From Selaginella moellendorffii (lineage: Eukaryota > Plantae > Lycopodiophyta), in NCBI RefSeq assembly GCF_000143415.4, contig NW_003314412.1:216318-280317 (forward strand): a stretch of DNA of 64,000 nucleotides. Reading direction: 5' to 3'. A program made the position numbers and the translations under genes. Under the pieces are notes generated by a model, which did not search any database, had not been told where the DNA came from, and worked only from the letters and a program-made list of their open reading frames with translations. How positions within the stretch are numbered: the stretch's first letter is position 1; every line of letters starts with the position of its first letter. Of this stretch, positions 47,053 to 58,676 are shown one piece after another.

Positions 47053-48480
47053 ATGCCGAGCGTCCCGTCCATTGCTGAGGAGACCGTCTGCGAGATCAAT
47101 CGCGATTTCCTCACTCGCGCCCAGCAGCAGCAGCCGCAGCAGCAGGGCGGCGATGTTTCATCCAAGGCGCATGAGCAGTACAACAAGGTCCTCAACAGAG
47201 TCTTCCCCAAGCTGCTGTTCAAGGTTGGAACGATCCCGATCGCCGACGACAATGGCAGCAATGGGATTGCTGCGCAGATGGATATTTCGGCGCCAGGAGG
47301 ATCTCTCGAGGGGGAGGAAGAGGATCTGGTTAGGGCGACTGCAGCAGCGGTGGAAGAAACCCTAGACGAGGCCCTCGGCGAGCCTCTGTCGGCGCTCCAG
47401 CGCCTCGGATCTCTCTTCTACAGGGGCGAGAAGCGCGATTCCAGCAGCGCCAGGCCGAAATTTCTCCAGTCCATGGCCTGGCACAAGCACAAGCTCCTCC
47501 TCGCATTCGTCGCCAATCCAGCGCACGTCCTAGTGGTGGATTACGACGACGCCGACGCCAAGAATCCCTTTCTTCTTGGCCATGAAACCCAGCAGCGCGG
47601 CGTGGAAGCGATCGAGTGGAGACCAAACTCGGGCTCGATTCTGGCCGTTGGATGCCGCGGTGGAGTTTGCCTGTGGACGGCATCCGGTGCCACGCCACCT
47701 TTGAGGACCGGGGCTGTGGTGCCTCTCGTCTCAGCGGCTACGAAATGGAGCCTGGTGGATTTTTTGCGCTGGGGGATCGATATGCCCGTCTCGGCTCTCT
47801 CGTGGAGCCCCTGTGGAAGGCTCTTGGCGTGTGGATCGAGCGAGACGCCGACTTTCGCAGTGTGGGACGTCTCTCTCGGGGAGAGCACACCGCTGCGACG
47901 GGGAATGGCCGGCGTCCAGTTCATGAAGTGGTCGCCGCTCGGGGACTACTTGCTCACGGCCAAAGTTGACGCGTCGTTTCATCTCTGGGAGACCATGACT
48001 TGGACGTCCGAGCCGTGGGCCTCGGCTGGTGGAGCTCTCGTGGGCGCGGCGTGGAGTCCCGATGGCCGGATGATCATGGGTGCTTTTGATCAGAGCAGCA
48101 CGCTCGGGACTTTACACTTTGCTGGGAAGCCTCCGTCGCTGGAGGTGCATTTGCTGCCTTTGGGACTCTCGGAGATAGAAGCGATTTGTGGACCCGGAGG
48201 AAGCATTGAGAGGATGGCTTGGGATGGAACAGGGGAAAGGTTGGCGGTGTCGTATACAGGTGGTGATGCTGTATACTCTGGTTTGATCGCCATCTACGAC
48301 ACGAGGAGAACACCGATCATATCAGCCTCGTTGCTGGGATTTGTGAGAGGTCCAGGTGCTGGTGCGAAGCCTCTGGCTTTCGCGTTTCATGATAAGCTCC
48401 GGCAGGGAGCTTTACTGGGCGTTTGCTGGAGCACGGGCTTCATCTGCGTCTATCCTATGCTCTTCAGGACGGGCATGTAG
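47053..48480 (+). CDS. AAAS: WD40 nucleoporin ALADIN (copy 1), intronless
   Basis: TVCEINRD, AWHKHK, IEWRPNSGSILAVGCRGGVCLW, VSALSWSPCGRLLA, TPLRRG..KWSPLGDY, LWETMTWTSEPW, AWDGTGERLAVS. Confidence 0.92.
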   Translation: MPSVPSIAEETVCEINRDFLTRAQQQQPQQQGGDVSSKAHEQYNKVLNRVFPKLLFKVGTIPIADDNGSNGIAAQMDISAPGGSLEGEEEDLVRATAAAVEETLDEALGEPLSALQRLGSLFYRGEKRDSSSARPKFLQSMAWHKHKLLLAFVANPAHVLVVDYDDADAKNPFLLGHETQQRGVEAIEWRPNSGSILAVGCRGGVCLWTASGATPPLRTGAVVPLVSAATKWSLVDFLRWGIDMPVSALSWSPCGRLLACGSSETPTFAVWDVSLGESTPLRRGMAGVQFMKWSPLGDYLLTAKVDASFHLWETMTWTSEPWASAGGALVGAAWSPDGRMIMGAFDQSSTLGTLHFAGKPPSLEVHLLPLGLSEIEAICGPGGSIERMAWDGTGERLAVSYTGGDAVYSGLIAIYDTRRTPIISASLLGFVRGPGAGAKPLAFAFHDKLRQGALLGVCWSTGFICVYPMLFRTGM

Positions 48481-48567
48481 AGTCGTATATCATCGAGCGA
48501 AGATATGAAGGGAGGTGAGCATTCGTTTTTACTGTTTGCATCGAAACATTTTTGAAATGAGCATTTT

Positions 48568-49555
48568 TCAGTCCTCGTCATTCTCGTCTCCGGTTTGCCG
48601 TGCCTGGTGCTTGTCCAACTGTTCCTGCAGATTAGCAATCGTGTCTACCAGCTTTGCATACTCCTCATGAGTATGTTTTCTGGCCGTTTCTTTGATTTTC
48701 TCCCAGATAGCTTCGTCGTAAGGGACTTCTTTTGCAGCTATCTCCGTTCGCAGCAGGGTCACGGCTCCCTGAAGATCTTCCAGCTGCTGCTGTAAGGCCA
48801 TTTGTTCCCGTTGAGATTGCTGATTCTGTTTGTTTGCTTCTGCAGCCTCGGCTCGAGCCCTTCGCAGTAGCTCGTTCTTCTCTGTCAACCTTAGCCTGGC
48901 ATCCTCGACTTGCTTCTTTATGTCCTGGAAGTTGTCCTCTACCGCGTGTAGCTTGGACGTTACTGCCTCGCATTCTTGTTGAAGCTTGGTCAGGCCTTCC
49001 TGGTGCTCCATCACCATGGAACCGTAGCTCTCGATGTCGTCCTCTAAGTCTTTTTTTACTCTTTCAATCTTTTCTAGTGCTTCTTTCATCTGGCTCTCGG
49101 ATTTCTCCATCTGCGTGATCTTTATGTGTGCGATTGTCACCTCCGTCTTGTACTGGTCCCTGAGCTTTCTGGCTTCCTTGAGATCTTCCTCGGTGCGTTC
49201 TCTTATCATCCTTTCAAAGTTAAGCTGGCCAGTCGTCGCGTTTAGCATCTGGTTCACTCTCTTTTGCACTTCCTCCTCGGTATAGAGCTCACCCAACGCT
49301 TTTGTTGCTTCAGAGAGCAGAGAGGAGATCTTTGCTTTGGGATTTATCCCGTAGAACATCTTGGTGAATGGAGAGCCGATGGAGTTTTCAGAAGGAGGCG
49401 GTGGCGTTGGTGGCGGACATAGCTGAGGTGGCGGCGCTGGCGGCGGCGGTACTGGTGCACTAAACGCGCTCTTTACTGTCGGTGCGAACAGCGGAGCAGT
49501 GGCTGGTCTGGCCAACTTCGGAGAGCTCACGGTGGTGACGACGGACGAGGGATTC
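48568..49555 (-). pseudogene. 5'-truncated copy of the transposon-like/coiled-coil gene, cut at the duplication breakpoint
   Basis: Near-identical to the C-terminal ~325 aa of 56683-58674; in-frame TAA shortly upstream of the junction and no native start. Confidence 0.88.
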
Positions 49556-49742
49556 GCATTAGAATTTAGCGGTTTAGGAGGTTAGGGGGTGGGGCAGCTC
49601 GTCCGACAGGATGCCACTCCGAGTATCTGCATATTTCTGTTAACGTAGCAAGCATGAAGTTCCTAACTCGCTGGTAAGTTTCTTTTCTATTGGAGATCAC
49701 GAGGATATATGACGGGGTGGAACGGAGCGCTCTAGTTGGTGC

Positions 49743-50889
49743 ATGGATCTCTGGTTTTGGCTGGTGTTCATTATGATCGTGGCGCCGACCGTTCCAGGTT
49801 CCGGTACATTCTTCTCGCAAGTTTCCATGGCTGATGTCGTAACGCTTTGCTCCAGCTGCAGGGACTGTGGGTGTTAACTATGGCCGCTTAGCCTCAAAGC
49901 TTCCTTCGCCTGGGGAGGTTGTCGAGCTTGTTCGATCTCTCGGGGTGACAAAAGTTAAGATCTACGACACTGATGCGACCGTTTTGCAGGCCTTCGCCAA
50001 CACAAGCATCGAACTGACAGTCTCGGTTCCTAACAACGATATACCGGCTCTTGCTACAAACATCAGCACGGGCCAGAACTGGGTGAACAGCTCCATATTA
50101 TTGTTTTATCCGCAGACGAAGATCACAACTATCTTGGTTGGCTACGAGGTGTTAACGGCTGGACAGCATATTACGCCATATCTCCTTACTGCTATGGAGA
50201 ACATACATTCGGCTGTTGCTACTCTAAAAATCGACTCACAGGTGAAAGTCTCTACTACTCACTCGCTAAACATTCTCAACATGACTTCTCCGCCGTCGCT
50301 ATGCTCCTTCGACCATGAAGCAATCGTCAGACCTTTGTTACAGTTTCTATCGAAAACGGGTGCTCCCTTTATGGTTAACATTTACACTTTCTCGACGTTT
50401 CAGCAGGACAAGGGTCGGAACTTTCCCGAGTCATTCGCGTTGCTGAAACCCACTGGCTTCGTGGTCGTCGATCCCATTTCCAGGCTACGGTACGAGAATT
50501 TGTTCTTGGCTCAGCTGGACGCGGTTTACTCGGCAATTGATAATTTCGGTTTCAGTGACATACAGGTGACTGACTCCTTACGGTTTGCAAATCGTCTAAA
50601 CTTGTGACAGTCCTTGTTCCAGGTGGCTGTCTCCGAGACTGGGTGGCCGTTCACTGGAAAAAGTGGAGCAAGCGTTCGCAAGTCAAGGTCTTACAATCAA
50701 CACGTTGCAAGGCTTTGTCTCTCGGGTGCGGGGACCCCTCTGGTCCGTGACAGACCGATCGAAGTGTTTATCCACTCGCTGTTCAACGAGGATTTGCAGC
50801 CGTCATCACTGGGTACTTTCGGGCTTTACTTCACCAACAAGTCGAGGGTGTTTGACTTCGATACTCGCACCTTGCAGCCCTCGAAGTAA
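49743..50889 (+). CDS. GH17 beta-1,3-glucanase-like (copy 2)
   Basis: As copy 1, with 5 amino-acid differences. Confidence 0.9.
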
Positions 50890-51163
50890 GTTCTATGATC
50901 AAATTTCTTTTTTAGGCTTCTTCTCTGTTGAATGAAGACTCGAGGCTTTTATTGTCAGCTGAAACACGTCACAGTGACTTCGAGAATGCTAAATTGTCTC
51001 GGTTGGTTTGCTTCACACCATCGATCTGTCAGTGACTCATACGCGGAATGCCTGCGTGTTTCCTTGACAAGGATCATCATCCAAATGCGACTTAAACTCC
51101 GGCATAGGCGGTTCGAGGCACATATATCGATAAGCTCTGGCATATCTTTCAGTCGAACAAGCA

Positions 51164-51808
51164 ATGGCCTCCGGATCAGCCATCATCAGCTTTTTCCTGC
51201 TATCACTGGCTCTCGTGGCAAACGCAGCTGATCCAGATCCAGTTCTCGACTTCTGCGTCGCCAACAACAGCAGCAGCGGCTCCTCGGGATCATGCAGAAA
51301 TCCTTCGGCAGTCACCGGCCAGGACTTCGTGTCCGAGATCCTCAGGAACATGAACAACACGCAGGGTCCAAACACCTTCAACGCAACTCTGGCGTCAGTT
51401 TCAACGTTTCCGGGCCTCAACACGATGGGTCTCTCGATCGCGAGGGTCGACTTTGGCGTCGGGGGTGTGGTTCCGACTCACGTCCATCCCAGAGCATCGG
51501 AGCTCGTCTACGTCGCGGAGGGGACAATCTCGGCCGGATTCGTGGACACCAACAACGTTTTGTTTGCTCGGACGCTCCAGAGAGGTGACTTGATCATCAT
51601 TCCCAGGGGTCTGCTCCACTACCTGTACAACGTTGGCAGTGAGCCTGCTATTGCGTTTGTGGTGTATAACAGCCAGGAGGCTGGACTCCAGCTGCTGGGG
51701 CCGAGCTTGTTTGGATCAGAGATCCCCACTCCAGTTCTTGCGTCGTCGCTGTCTCTCAATGAGAGCACCATCGCTGCCTTGCGAGGAATCTATGCTCCTT
51801 CCTCTTGA
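51164..51808 (+). CDS. Germin-like protein (copy 2)
   Basis: As copy 1, P6A in the signal peptide. Confidence 0.95.
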   Translation: MASGSAIISFFLLSLALVANAADPDPVLDFCVANNSSSGSSGSCRNPSAVTGQDFVSEILRNMNNTQGPNTFNATLASVSTFPGLNTMGLSIARVDFGVGGVVPTHVHPRASELVYVAEGTISAGFVDTNNVLFARTLQRGDLIIIPRGLLHYLYNVGSEPAIAFVVYNSQEAGLQLLGPSLFGSEIPTPVLASSLSLNESTIAALRGIYAPSS

Positions 51809-52225
51809 ATTTGTTCGTAAACATGCGTTGAGTAAAGATTCGCTGCTGCATTTGTGCTTTAAGTTTCTTTGTTTAAACTCTTAAATTGCACTAGATTTTC
51901 ATTGATTCGTTTTATCTATAAATAACACGGCACATACGTATGGTCCATATGATCGTTTGTTTTCAATTGAGTACTATTGCACAATCTGTGTTCCTTCCGT
52001 TTGAACGAAAGCGGAGATTGCAGAAAACATCGGCTGGGTACGGTGCGTTCTTGTGAGACCTATGAATTACAAAGTCCACCAAAATGGTTAGACTTCCAGG
52101 AAATCCCTCTAGGGGGGTTCCAACGTTCATATGTTGTGCTCCAGATCCAAGGCGCGCCAACAAAGCCACCCGAAACTGCTATTCAAACTTCAAGGAATCT
52201 CAAGCGATGCCGTCTGGCTGTGCAA

Positions 52226-52438
52226 ATGGATATCCTAGATCGGGTTACCAGCAGTGGTCCTAGAGACAAGGCCCTTGCTTGGCAAGCTTCTGTCAGTGCT
52301 CCAGCACCACGCGATTCTAGCAGCGCTAGGCCAAAATTTATGCAATCCGTGGCCTGGTACAAGCATGCATTTGTCACCAATCCAGTGGATGATTATGACA
52401 ATGCAGAGAATGCTTTTTGACTACTGGTGCTATGAAAT
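52226..52438 (+). pseudogene. ALADIN gene fragment (copy 2)
   Basis: RDSSSARPKFMQSVAWYKHAFVTNPVDDYDNAEN. Confidence 0.8.
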
Positions 52439-53877
52439 GGAGGCTTCTAGAAATTCTTTGTTGGCTTATGATTAATTTTATATTTGTAATCCTAACCTTA
52501 ACCATTTAAGAATCTACTGCATTCTGTTTATTTATCACTCCACATACTACTTTTTCTCTTTGATGGATTTCTATTCTTTTCTTGATTTTTAGGTTTACAA
52601 AGTATCATCACTACTTTATAAGCTTTAAATATTGTTGTCTTTGATTGAACTATGATTTCTCTTAACTTCAAAGTCCAATGTGTAATTATGGTGAATTAAT
52701 TAATGGTTTAGAGTAGCTTGATTTATAAATCTTTCTTACTTTTTAATATATCAAACATAGGATAAATTATATGATCGATATCATCTAATAATTAGCATAT
52801 TATATAGCAATAGTCTTTCATAGAGAAAACACCAAATGACAATTAGAAAATGAAGTTAGATGATGCTAATAAAATACTACATTTTTATTTTTCTTCTTGC
52901 TCTTTCAGTATAACTATTAGTTACACTATGTTTAAGTACATTACACTATTATAAATTTATTATATTTTTAAAAAATTGATTTTACTATTTATGAAAAAAA
53001 ACCATTTTCAAAATATGTATAAATAAACTTTTTAAACTTTATATTAGCACACAGTTACATTAAAATGTTATTTGTTTGCCTAGGTTGTTGCCTTTAAAAA
53101 GGAAACAAAAGATTTTTTCATAATACAATAAGTAAATTAATTTTAAATAAAATTAAAAAATTTATTAAAATTTTAATTCATAATTAAATAATTTAATAGT
53201 ATTATATTTTATATGCTCAAAGAAACCTTCAAATGACCAACTATTCCATCTATAATCACTTTTTGTTATATTTTTTGCTGGACCTTGAAAAATTAAAATT
53301 TGATATGCCTCATCATTTATATAAAATGTTATTTTTTTATAATTCTGTTATCTCTTTAAATAATAAATATATTTTAAATATGCAACCCTAAAACCTAAAC
53401 CCTAAACCTTTCTATATTTACTAACATTCATAAGATCTTTACTTAAACAAATATCAAAGAAAAATCATAAAAAAAAATTAAAATCAAAATATATACACCA
53501 TACTATTAACTAGTTTTCTATAAAAATAATATAAATTTAAGAAATAAACTGCTTACACAAAATGAAACTACAGATAGATTAAAAATGAAAAATGTTATCG
53601 TGTGAGCTATTGTTGCTAGCTCAAAGGCTATTAGCAACTTAGCATGTGAGGTTTAACTATGCCGAGAATATTTTAAAGATGTTCTTTTTGTCTGAAAACT
53701 TAAATCATGTGAGACATTGGTCTCATACCGAGACTCGAACTTGGGCTCTTGTCTTTTTATCTCCAGGGAATCGAACTAGGTCTGATGTAGCGGTGCCCCC
53801 CCCCAGACACTTCATTTCTGATATAGCACGTCTGCTTTGCCATGCCCTCAACCGTTGCTGCGTCACTGTTTAGCATC

Positions 53878-54615
53878 CTAGCTGCCCGAATCAATGCTGC
53901 CCAGTACTGTTGCACGGACTCCTCTCTTGAATTTGTGATCCCTCATCGTGAGGAAGGCACGTTCAGCAGGCTGTCCAAGCTGGAAGAGGCAGCGGCCACG
54001 TTGAATTGCCTCCTCCCAAGATTCCTCTTCAACTCCACTCCGATGGGCCATAAAAAGTCGTTGCGCTTCCCCTTCCAGAGCCATGCATAATCTCTCTCCC
54101 TGCCACTTTGTTGTTGTGTGCTGCACACTTGAAAATCTCCAGATAGAGCTCAAAGTCTTCTCCCATTTTGTATATAGGATACTTGACGTGAGCCAATGAC
54201 GAAACTTCTGGGCAGAAAAGCTCCTTTCTCGTTGTAGCATTTCCCGCTACTACTAATCGCCATGTGACCTGGGGGTCCTTCAAGAGTGCAACGTCAGCAT
54301 TCTCCAGCAGCCTCTTAGTGGTTGCCTCCACTCGTGGTTCCTTAGACAGCTGGTCAGACGCATCCTCCCTTTCCCTGAGCGGAGTGGAGCATTCGAGTCC
54401 CCTTCGTGGCCAGATGCCGATCCTCGTGTCAGTGGAGATGCCATGCTTTCAGTTCATGCCAGACGAGAAAGGCGCCATGGCCCAAGCACGTCACTAGCAC
54501 CAAGGGTAGATCACCAAGATCCCCCCACCACTAGCCGCCTCGGCTCAGCTCATTCCTCATCACTTGATCCCCCCACCACTGGCCTCCTCGGCTCAGCTCA
54601 TTTCTCAGCCCTGGC
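53878..54615 (-). mobile_element. gag-like retroelement relic (copy 2)
   Basis: Duplicate of 45764-46500. Confidence 0.5.
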
Positions 54616-55167
54616 TGGATGTATGGCGGCTCCAACCTTTGGATGCCATGCCTTGTGACCAAACCTCTTGGTCACACTGGCTGTCCTAGCCAGGAAAGTC
54701 CTTTTGGCCATGCATGTCCTCCACACAAGCATGTTACTGCGCAAGCCCTCATGCTCAAAATTTTAGTCATGCCAGAAATGGAATTGAAAAAGGAAAATTC
54801 ATATAAACCCAGCCCATATGTGATGAGGTGCCCCTCACCTCCACCATATGGGCATACGAGGCTTACTAGAGTCCACACTAGGTCAAAGCCCTTACTGTGC
54901 TCAGATCTTGATCACCCTTGCTTGTCACACCATTCCCAAGCCAATCCTCCTTCCAACCCTAGCTCCCACCATGTCCTTTATCGCTGCCCTGCTGCATCCC
55001 AAGAAGTCCGCTGCTGATCTGCCGCCCGATCCTCTCCCTGCCACGTCAGATCTCCTTGCTGAGTCATCCCTCCACGTGTTTTGCCTCACTTTGTTATACG
55101 GGCTCGTTATTGGCCGCTACACCGATGCTAGGGTTCTAACGTTCATGTGTTGGGCTCTCGACGAACA

Positions 55168-56595
55168 ATGCCGAGCGTCCCGTCCATTGCTGAGGAGACC
55201 GTCTGCGAGATCAATCGCGATTTCCTCACTCGCGCCCAGCAGCAGCAGCCGCAGCAGCAGGGCGGCGATGTTTCATCCAAGGCGCATGAGCAGTACAACA
55301 AGGTCCTCAACAGAGTCTTCCCCAAGCTGCTGTTCAAGGTTGGAACGATCCCGATCGCCGACGACAATGGCAGCAATGGGATTGCTGCGCAGATGGATAT
55401 TTCGGCGCCAGGAGGATCTCTCGAGGGGGAGGAAGAGGATCTGGTTAGGGCGACTGCAGCAGCGGTGGAAGAAACCCTAGACGAGGCCCTCGGCGAGCCT
55501 CTGTCGGCGCTCCAGCGCCTCGGATCTCTCTTCTACAGGGGCGAGAAGCGCGATTCCAGCAGCGCCAGGCCGAAATTTCTCCAGTCCATGGCCTGGCACA
55601 AGCACAAGCTCCTCCTCGCATTCGTCGCCAATCCAGCGCACGTCCTAGTGGTGGATTACGACGACGCCGACGCCAAGAATCCCTTTCTTCTTGGCCATGA
55701 AACCCAGCAGCGCGGCGTGGAAGCGATCGAGTGGAGACCAAACTCGGGCTCGATTCTGGCCGTTGGATGCCGCGGTGGAGTTTGCCTGTGGACGGCATCC
55801 GGTGCCACGCCACCTTTGAGGACCGGGGCTGTGGTGCCTCTCGTCTCAGCGGCTACGAAATGGAGCCTGGTGGATTTTTTGCGCTGGGGGATCGATATGC
55901 CCGTCTCGGCTCTCTCGTGGAGCCCCTGTGGAAGGCTCTTGGCGTGTGGATCGAGCGAGACGCCGACTTTCGCAGTGTGGGACGTCTCTCTCGGGGAGAG
56001 CACGCCTCTGCGACGAGGAATGGCCGGCGTCCAGTTCATGAAGTGGTCGCCGCTGGGGGACTACTTGCTCACGGCCAAAGTTGACGCGTCGTTTCATCTC
56101 TGGGAGACCATGACTTGGACGTCCGAGCCGTGGGCCTCGGCTGGTGGAGCTCTCGTGGGCGCGGCGTGGAGTCCCGATGGCCGGATGATCATGGGTGCTT
56201 TTGATCAGAGCAGCACGCTCGGGACTTTACACTTTGCTGGGAAGCCTCCGTCGCTGGAGGTGCATTTGCTGCCTTTGGGACTCTCGGAGATAGAAGCGGT
56301 TTGTGGACCCGGAGGAAGCATTGAGAGGATGGCTTGGGATGGAACAGGGGAAAGGTTGGCGGTGTCGTATACAGGTGGTGATGCTGTATACTCTGGTTTG
56401 ATCGCCATCTACGACACGAGGAGAACACCGATCATATCAGCCTCGTTGCTGGGATTTGTGAGAGGTCCAGGTGCTGGTGCGAAGCCTCTGGCTTTCGCGT
56501 TTCATGATAAGCTCCGGCAGGGAGCTTTACTGGGCGTTTGCTGGAGCACGGGCTTCATCTGCGTCTATCCTATGCTCTTCAGGACGGGCATGTAG
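55168..56595 (+). CDS. AAAS: WD40 nucleoporin ALADIN (copy 2), intronless
   Basis: As copy 1, one I>V difference. Confidence 0.92.
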   Translation: MPSVPSIAEETVCEINRDFLTRAQQQQPQQQGGDVSSKAHEQYNKVLNRVFPKLLFKVGTIPIADDNGSNGIAAQMDISAPGGSLEGEEEDLVRATAAAVEETLDEALGEPLSALQRLGSLFYRGEKRDSSSARPKFLQSMAWHKHKLLLAFVANPAHVLVVDYDDADAKNPFLLGHETQQRGVEAIEWRPNSGSILAVGCRGGVCLWTASGATPPLRTGAVVPLVSAATKWSLVDFLRWGIDMPVSALSWSPCGRLLACGSSETPTFAVWDVSLGESTPLRRGMAGVQFMKWSPLGDYLLTAKVDASFHLWETMTWTSEPWASAGGALVGAAWSPDGRMIMGAFDQSSTLGTLHFAGKPPSLEVHLLPLGLSEIEAVCGPGGSIERMAWDGTGERLAVSYTGGDAVYSGLIAIYDTRRTPIISASLLGFVRGPGAGAKPLAFAFHDKLRQGALLGVCWSTGFICVYPMLFRTGM

Positions 56596-56682
56596 AGTCG
56601 TATATCATCGAGCGAAGATATGAAGGGAGGTGAGCATTCGTTTTTACTGTTTGCATCGAAACATTTTTGAAATGAGCATTTT

Positions 56683-58674
56683 TCAGTCCTCGTCATTCTC
56701 GTCTCCGGTTTGCCGTGCCTGGTGCTTGTCTAACTGTTCCTGCAGATTAGCAATCGTGTCTACCAGCTTTGCATACTCCTCATGAGTATGTTTTCTGGCC
56801 GTTTCCTTGATTTTCTCCCAGATAGCTTCGTCGTAAGGGACTTCTTTTGCAGCTATCTCCGTTCGCAGCAGGGTCACGGCTCCCTGAAGATCTTCCAGCT
56901 GCTGCTGTAAGGCCATTTGTTCCCGTTGAGATTGCTGATTCTGTTTGTTTGCTTCTGCAGCCTCGGCTCGAGCCCTTCGCAGTAGCTCGTTCTTCTCTGT
57001 CAACCTTAGCCTGGCATCCTCGACTTGCTTCTTTATGTCCTGGAAGTTGTCCTCTACCGCGTGTAGCTTGGACGTTACTGCCTCGCATTCTTGTTGAAGC
57101 TTGGTCAGGCCTTCCTGGTGCTCCATCACCATGGAACCGTAGCTCTCGATGTCGTCCTCTAAGTCTTTTTTTACTCTTTCAATCTTTTCTAGTGCTTCTT
57201 TCATCTGGCTCTCGGATTTCTCCATCTGCGTGATCTTTATGTGTGCGATTGTCACCTCCGTCTTGTACTGGTCCCTGAGCTTTCTGGCTTCCTTGAGATC
57301 TTCCTCGGTGCGTTCTCTTATCATCCTTTCAAAGTTAAGCTGGCCAGTCGTCGCGTTTAGCATCTGGTTCACTCTCTTTTGCACTTCCTCCTCGGTATAG
57401 AGCTCACCCAACGCTTTTGTTGCTTCAGAGAGCAGAGAGGAGATCTTTGCTTTGGGATTTATCCCGTAGAACATCTTGGTGAATGGAGAGCCGATGGAGT
57501 TTTCAGAAGGAGGCGGTGGCGTTGGTGGCGGACATAGCTGAGGTGGCGGCGCTGGCGGCGGCGGTACTGGTGCAGTAAACGCGCTCTTTACTGTCGGTGC
57601 GAACAGCGGAGCAGTGGCTGGTCTGGCCAACTTCGGAGAGCTGACGTTGGTGACGACGGACGAGGGATTCAAGTCGATTGCGTCGAGAGCACATTTCACG
57701 TCCACCTTCTCGCAGGTACTGATTGGAATCGCCACTGGTCTTTCCGCTGACGTCTGGATCGCTGATGGAATGGCAGTAGCAACCTCCAGGACATAACTCC
57801 GTGGAACCGGAGCTATGGTCGGAACGGGGCTCTTGACGACCAGAGGCTCCGCCGGATTCACCTCTTGGTCTTGCAAGGCATCGAAGATATGGGTGATGAG
57901 AGGGCCAGCACCGAAGACAACAGTGTTGTTCGCCTTCTGCTTCATCCTCCGCAGCTCCTTGAGGATGTTCTGGAACATATACTCGGACCAGTTCACCTTG
58001 AATCCTTGCAAGCCTTGGGCGATGATCTCGACCAAGTTCCGGGACGTGTAGCCGGAGCTCACTCTCAGCTGTATCACCTCCGCGATCAACGAGAAGATTG
58101 GTGCCAGCGAAGGGTCCACCAGCTTGTCGTGCCTGTATCCCAAGTCCTTTTGGTAAGCGCCTTCCTTGAAGAGCATCACCTGGTCGCTGTTCTCAAACGA
58201 TCGCTTGAAGCTGAGGACGCCCTCGTAGGAGAGCTTGAAGCGCTGGGAGATGAGGTTTGCAGTGAAACACACTCGTTTCCCCTTGACCACCGTCTGGTTT
58301 GTTTTCAGGTTGTAGTTGGCCACGAACTCCCGGACAAGCGAGACGCAGGTGACGTTCCACTTGACATCCGCGAGGCTGTGGAGGCCGAGAGTGGTGAGGA
58401 AGTCCATCCGGGGGCAGCCTTGCTCGAGCCAGTAGGAGGCGGCAATGTAAGTCCGGAACTTCAGATTTTTAGCTACTGCGTACCCAATGACATCGGCAGA
58501 AGTGGAAGAAGAAGAAGACGGTGGTGGTGTGGCCGTGAGTGTGGGAGCCGCCGCCGGCAGCGGAAGGACTAGAACTCCCCTCGTCCTGAGCTTCTTCTTG
58601 GCGGCGCCGTCTTCCTCCTCGTCACTGGCGGCGCTGGCGGCAAGCGGCGGCGGCGGCGGTCGCTTTGGAGGCAT
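56683..58674 (-). CDS. Intronless protein: NLS-like N-terminus, plant-transposon-protein-like domain, Pro-rich linker, long coiled coil
   Basis: MPPKRPPP..AKKKLR; FLTTLGLHSL..SLVREFVANY..VVKGKRVCFTANLISQRFKL; KVNWSEYMFQNI..GPLITHIF; heptad-rich C-terminal ~220 aa. Confidence 0.8.
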   Translation of the reverse strand: MPPKRPPPPPLAASAASDEEEDGAAKKKLRTRGVLVLPLPAAAPTLTATPPPSSSSSTSADVIGYAVAKNLKFRTYIAASYWLEQGCPRMDFLTTLGLHSLADVKWNVTCVSLVREFVANYNLKTNQTVVKGKRVCFTANLISQRFKLSYEGVLSFKRSFENSDQVMLFKEGAYQKDLGYRHDKLVDPSLAPIFSLIAEVIQLRVSSGYTSRNLVEIIAQGLQGFKVNWSEYMFQNILKELRRMKQKANNTVVFGAGPLITHIFDALQDQEVNPAEPLVVKSPVPTIAPVPRSYVLEVATAIPSAIQTSAERPVAIPISTCEKVDVKCALDAIDLNPSSVVTNVSSPKLARPATAPLFAPTVKSAFTAPVPPPPAPPPQLCPPPTPPPPSENSIGSPFTKMFYGINPKAKISSLLSEATKALGELYTEEEVQKRVNQMLNATTGQLNFERMIRERTEEDLKEARKLRDQYKTEVTIAHIKITQMEKSESQMKEALEKIERVKKDLEDDIESYGSMVMEHQEGLTKLQQECEAVTSKLHAVEDNFQDIKKQVEDARLRLTEKNELLRRARAEAAEANKQNQQSQREQMALQQQLEDLQGAVTLLRTEIAAKEVPYDEAIWEKIKETARKHTHEEYAKLVDTIANLQEQLDKHQARQTGDENDED

Positions 58675-58676
58675 GG

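Larger units (their letters stand above)
41383..57670 (+). repeat. Recent ~8.1-kb tandem segmental duplication (unit 1 41383-49555, unit 2 49550-57670)
   Basis: Near-identical sequence and ORFs offset by 8167 nt (8114-8115 after the first N-gap); GGATTC shared at 41383, 49550 and 57665. Confidence 0.95.
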
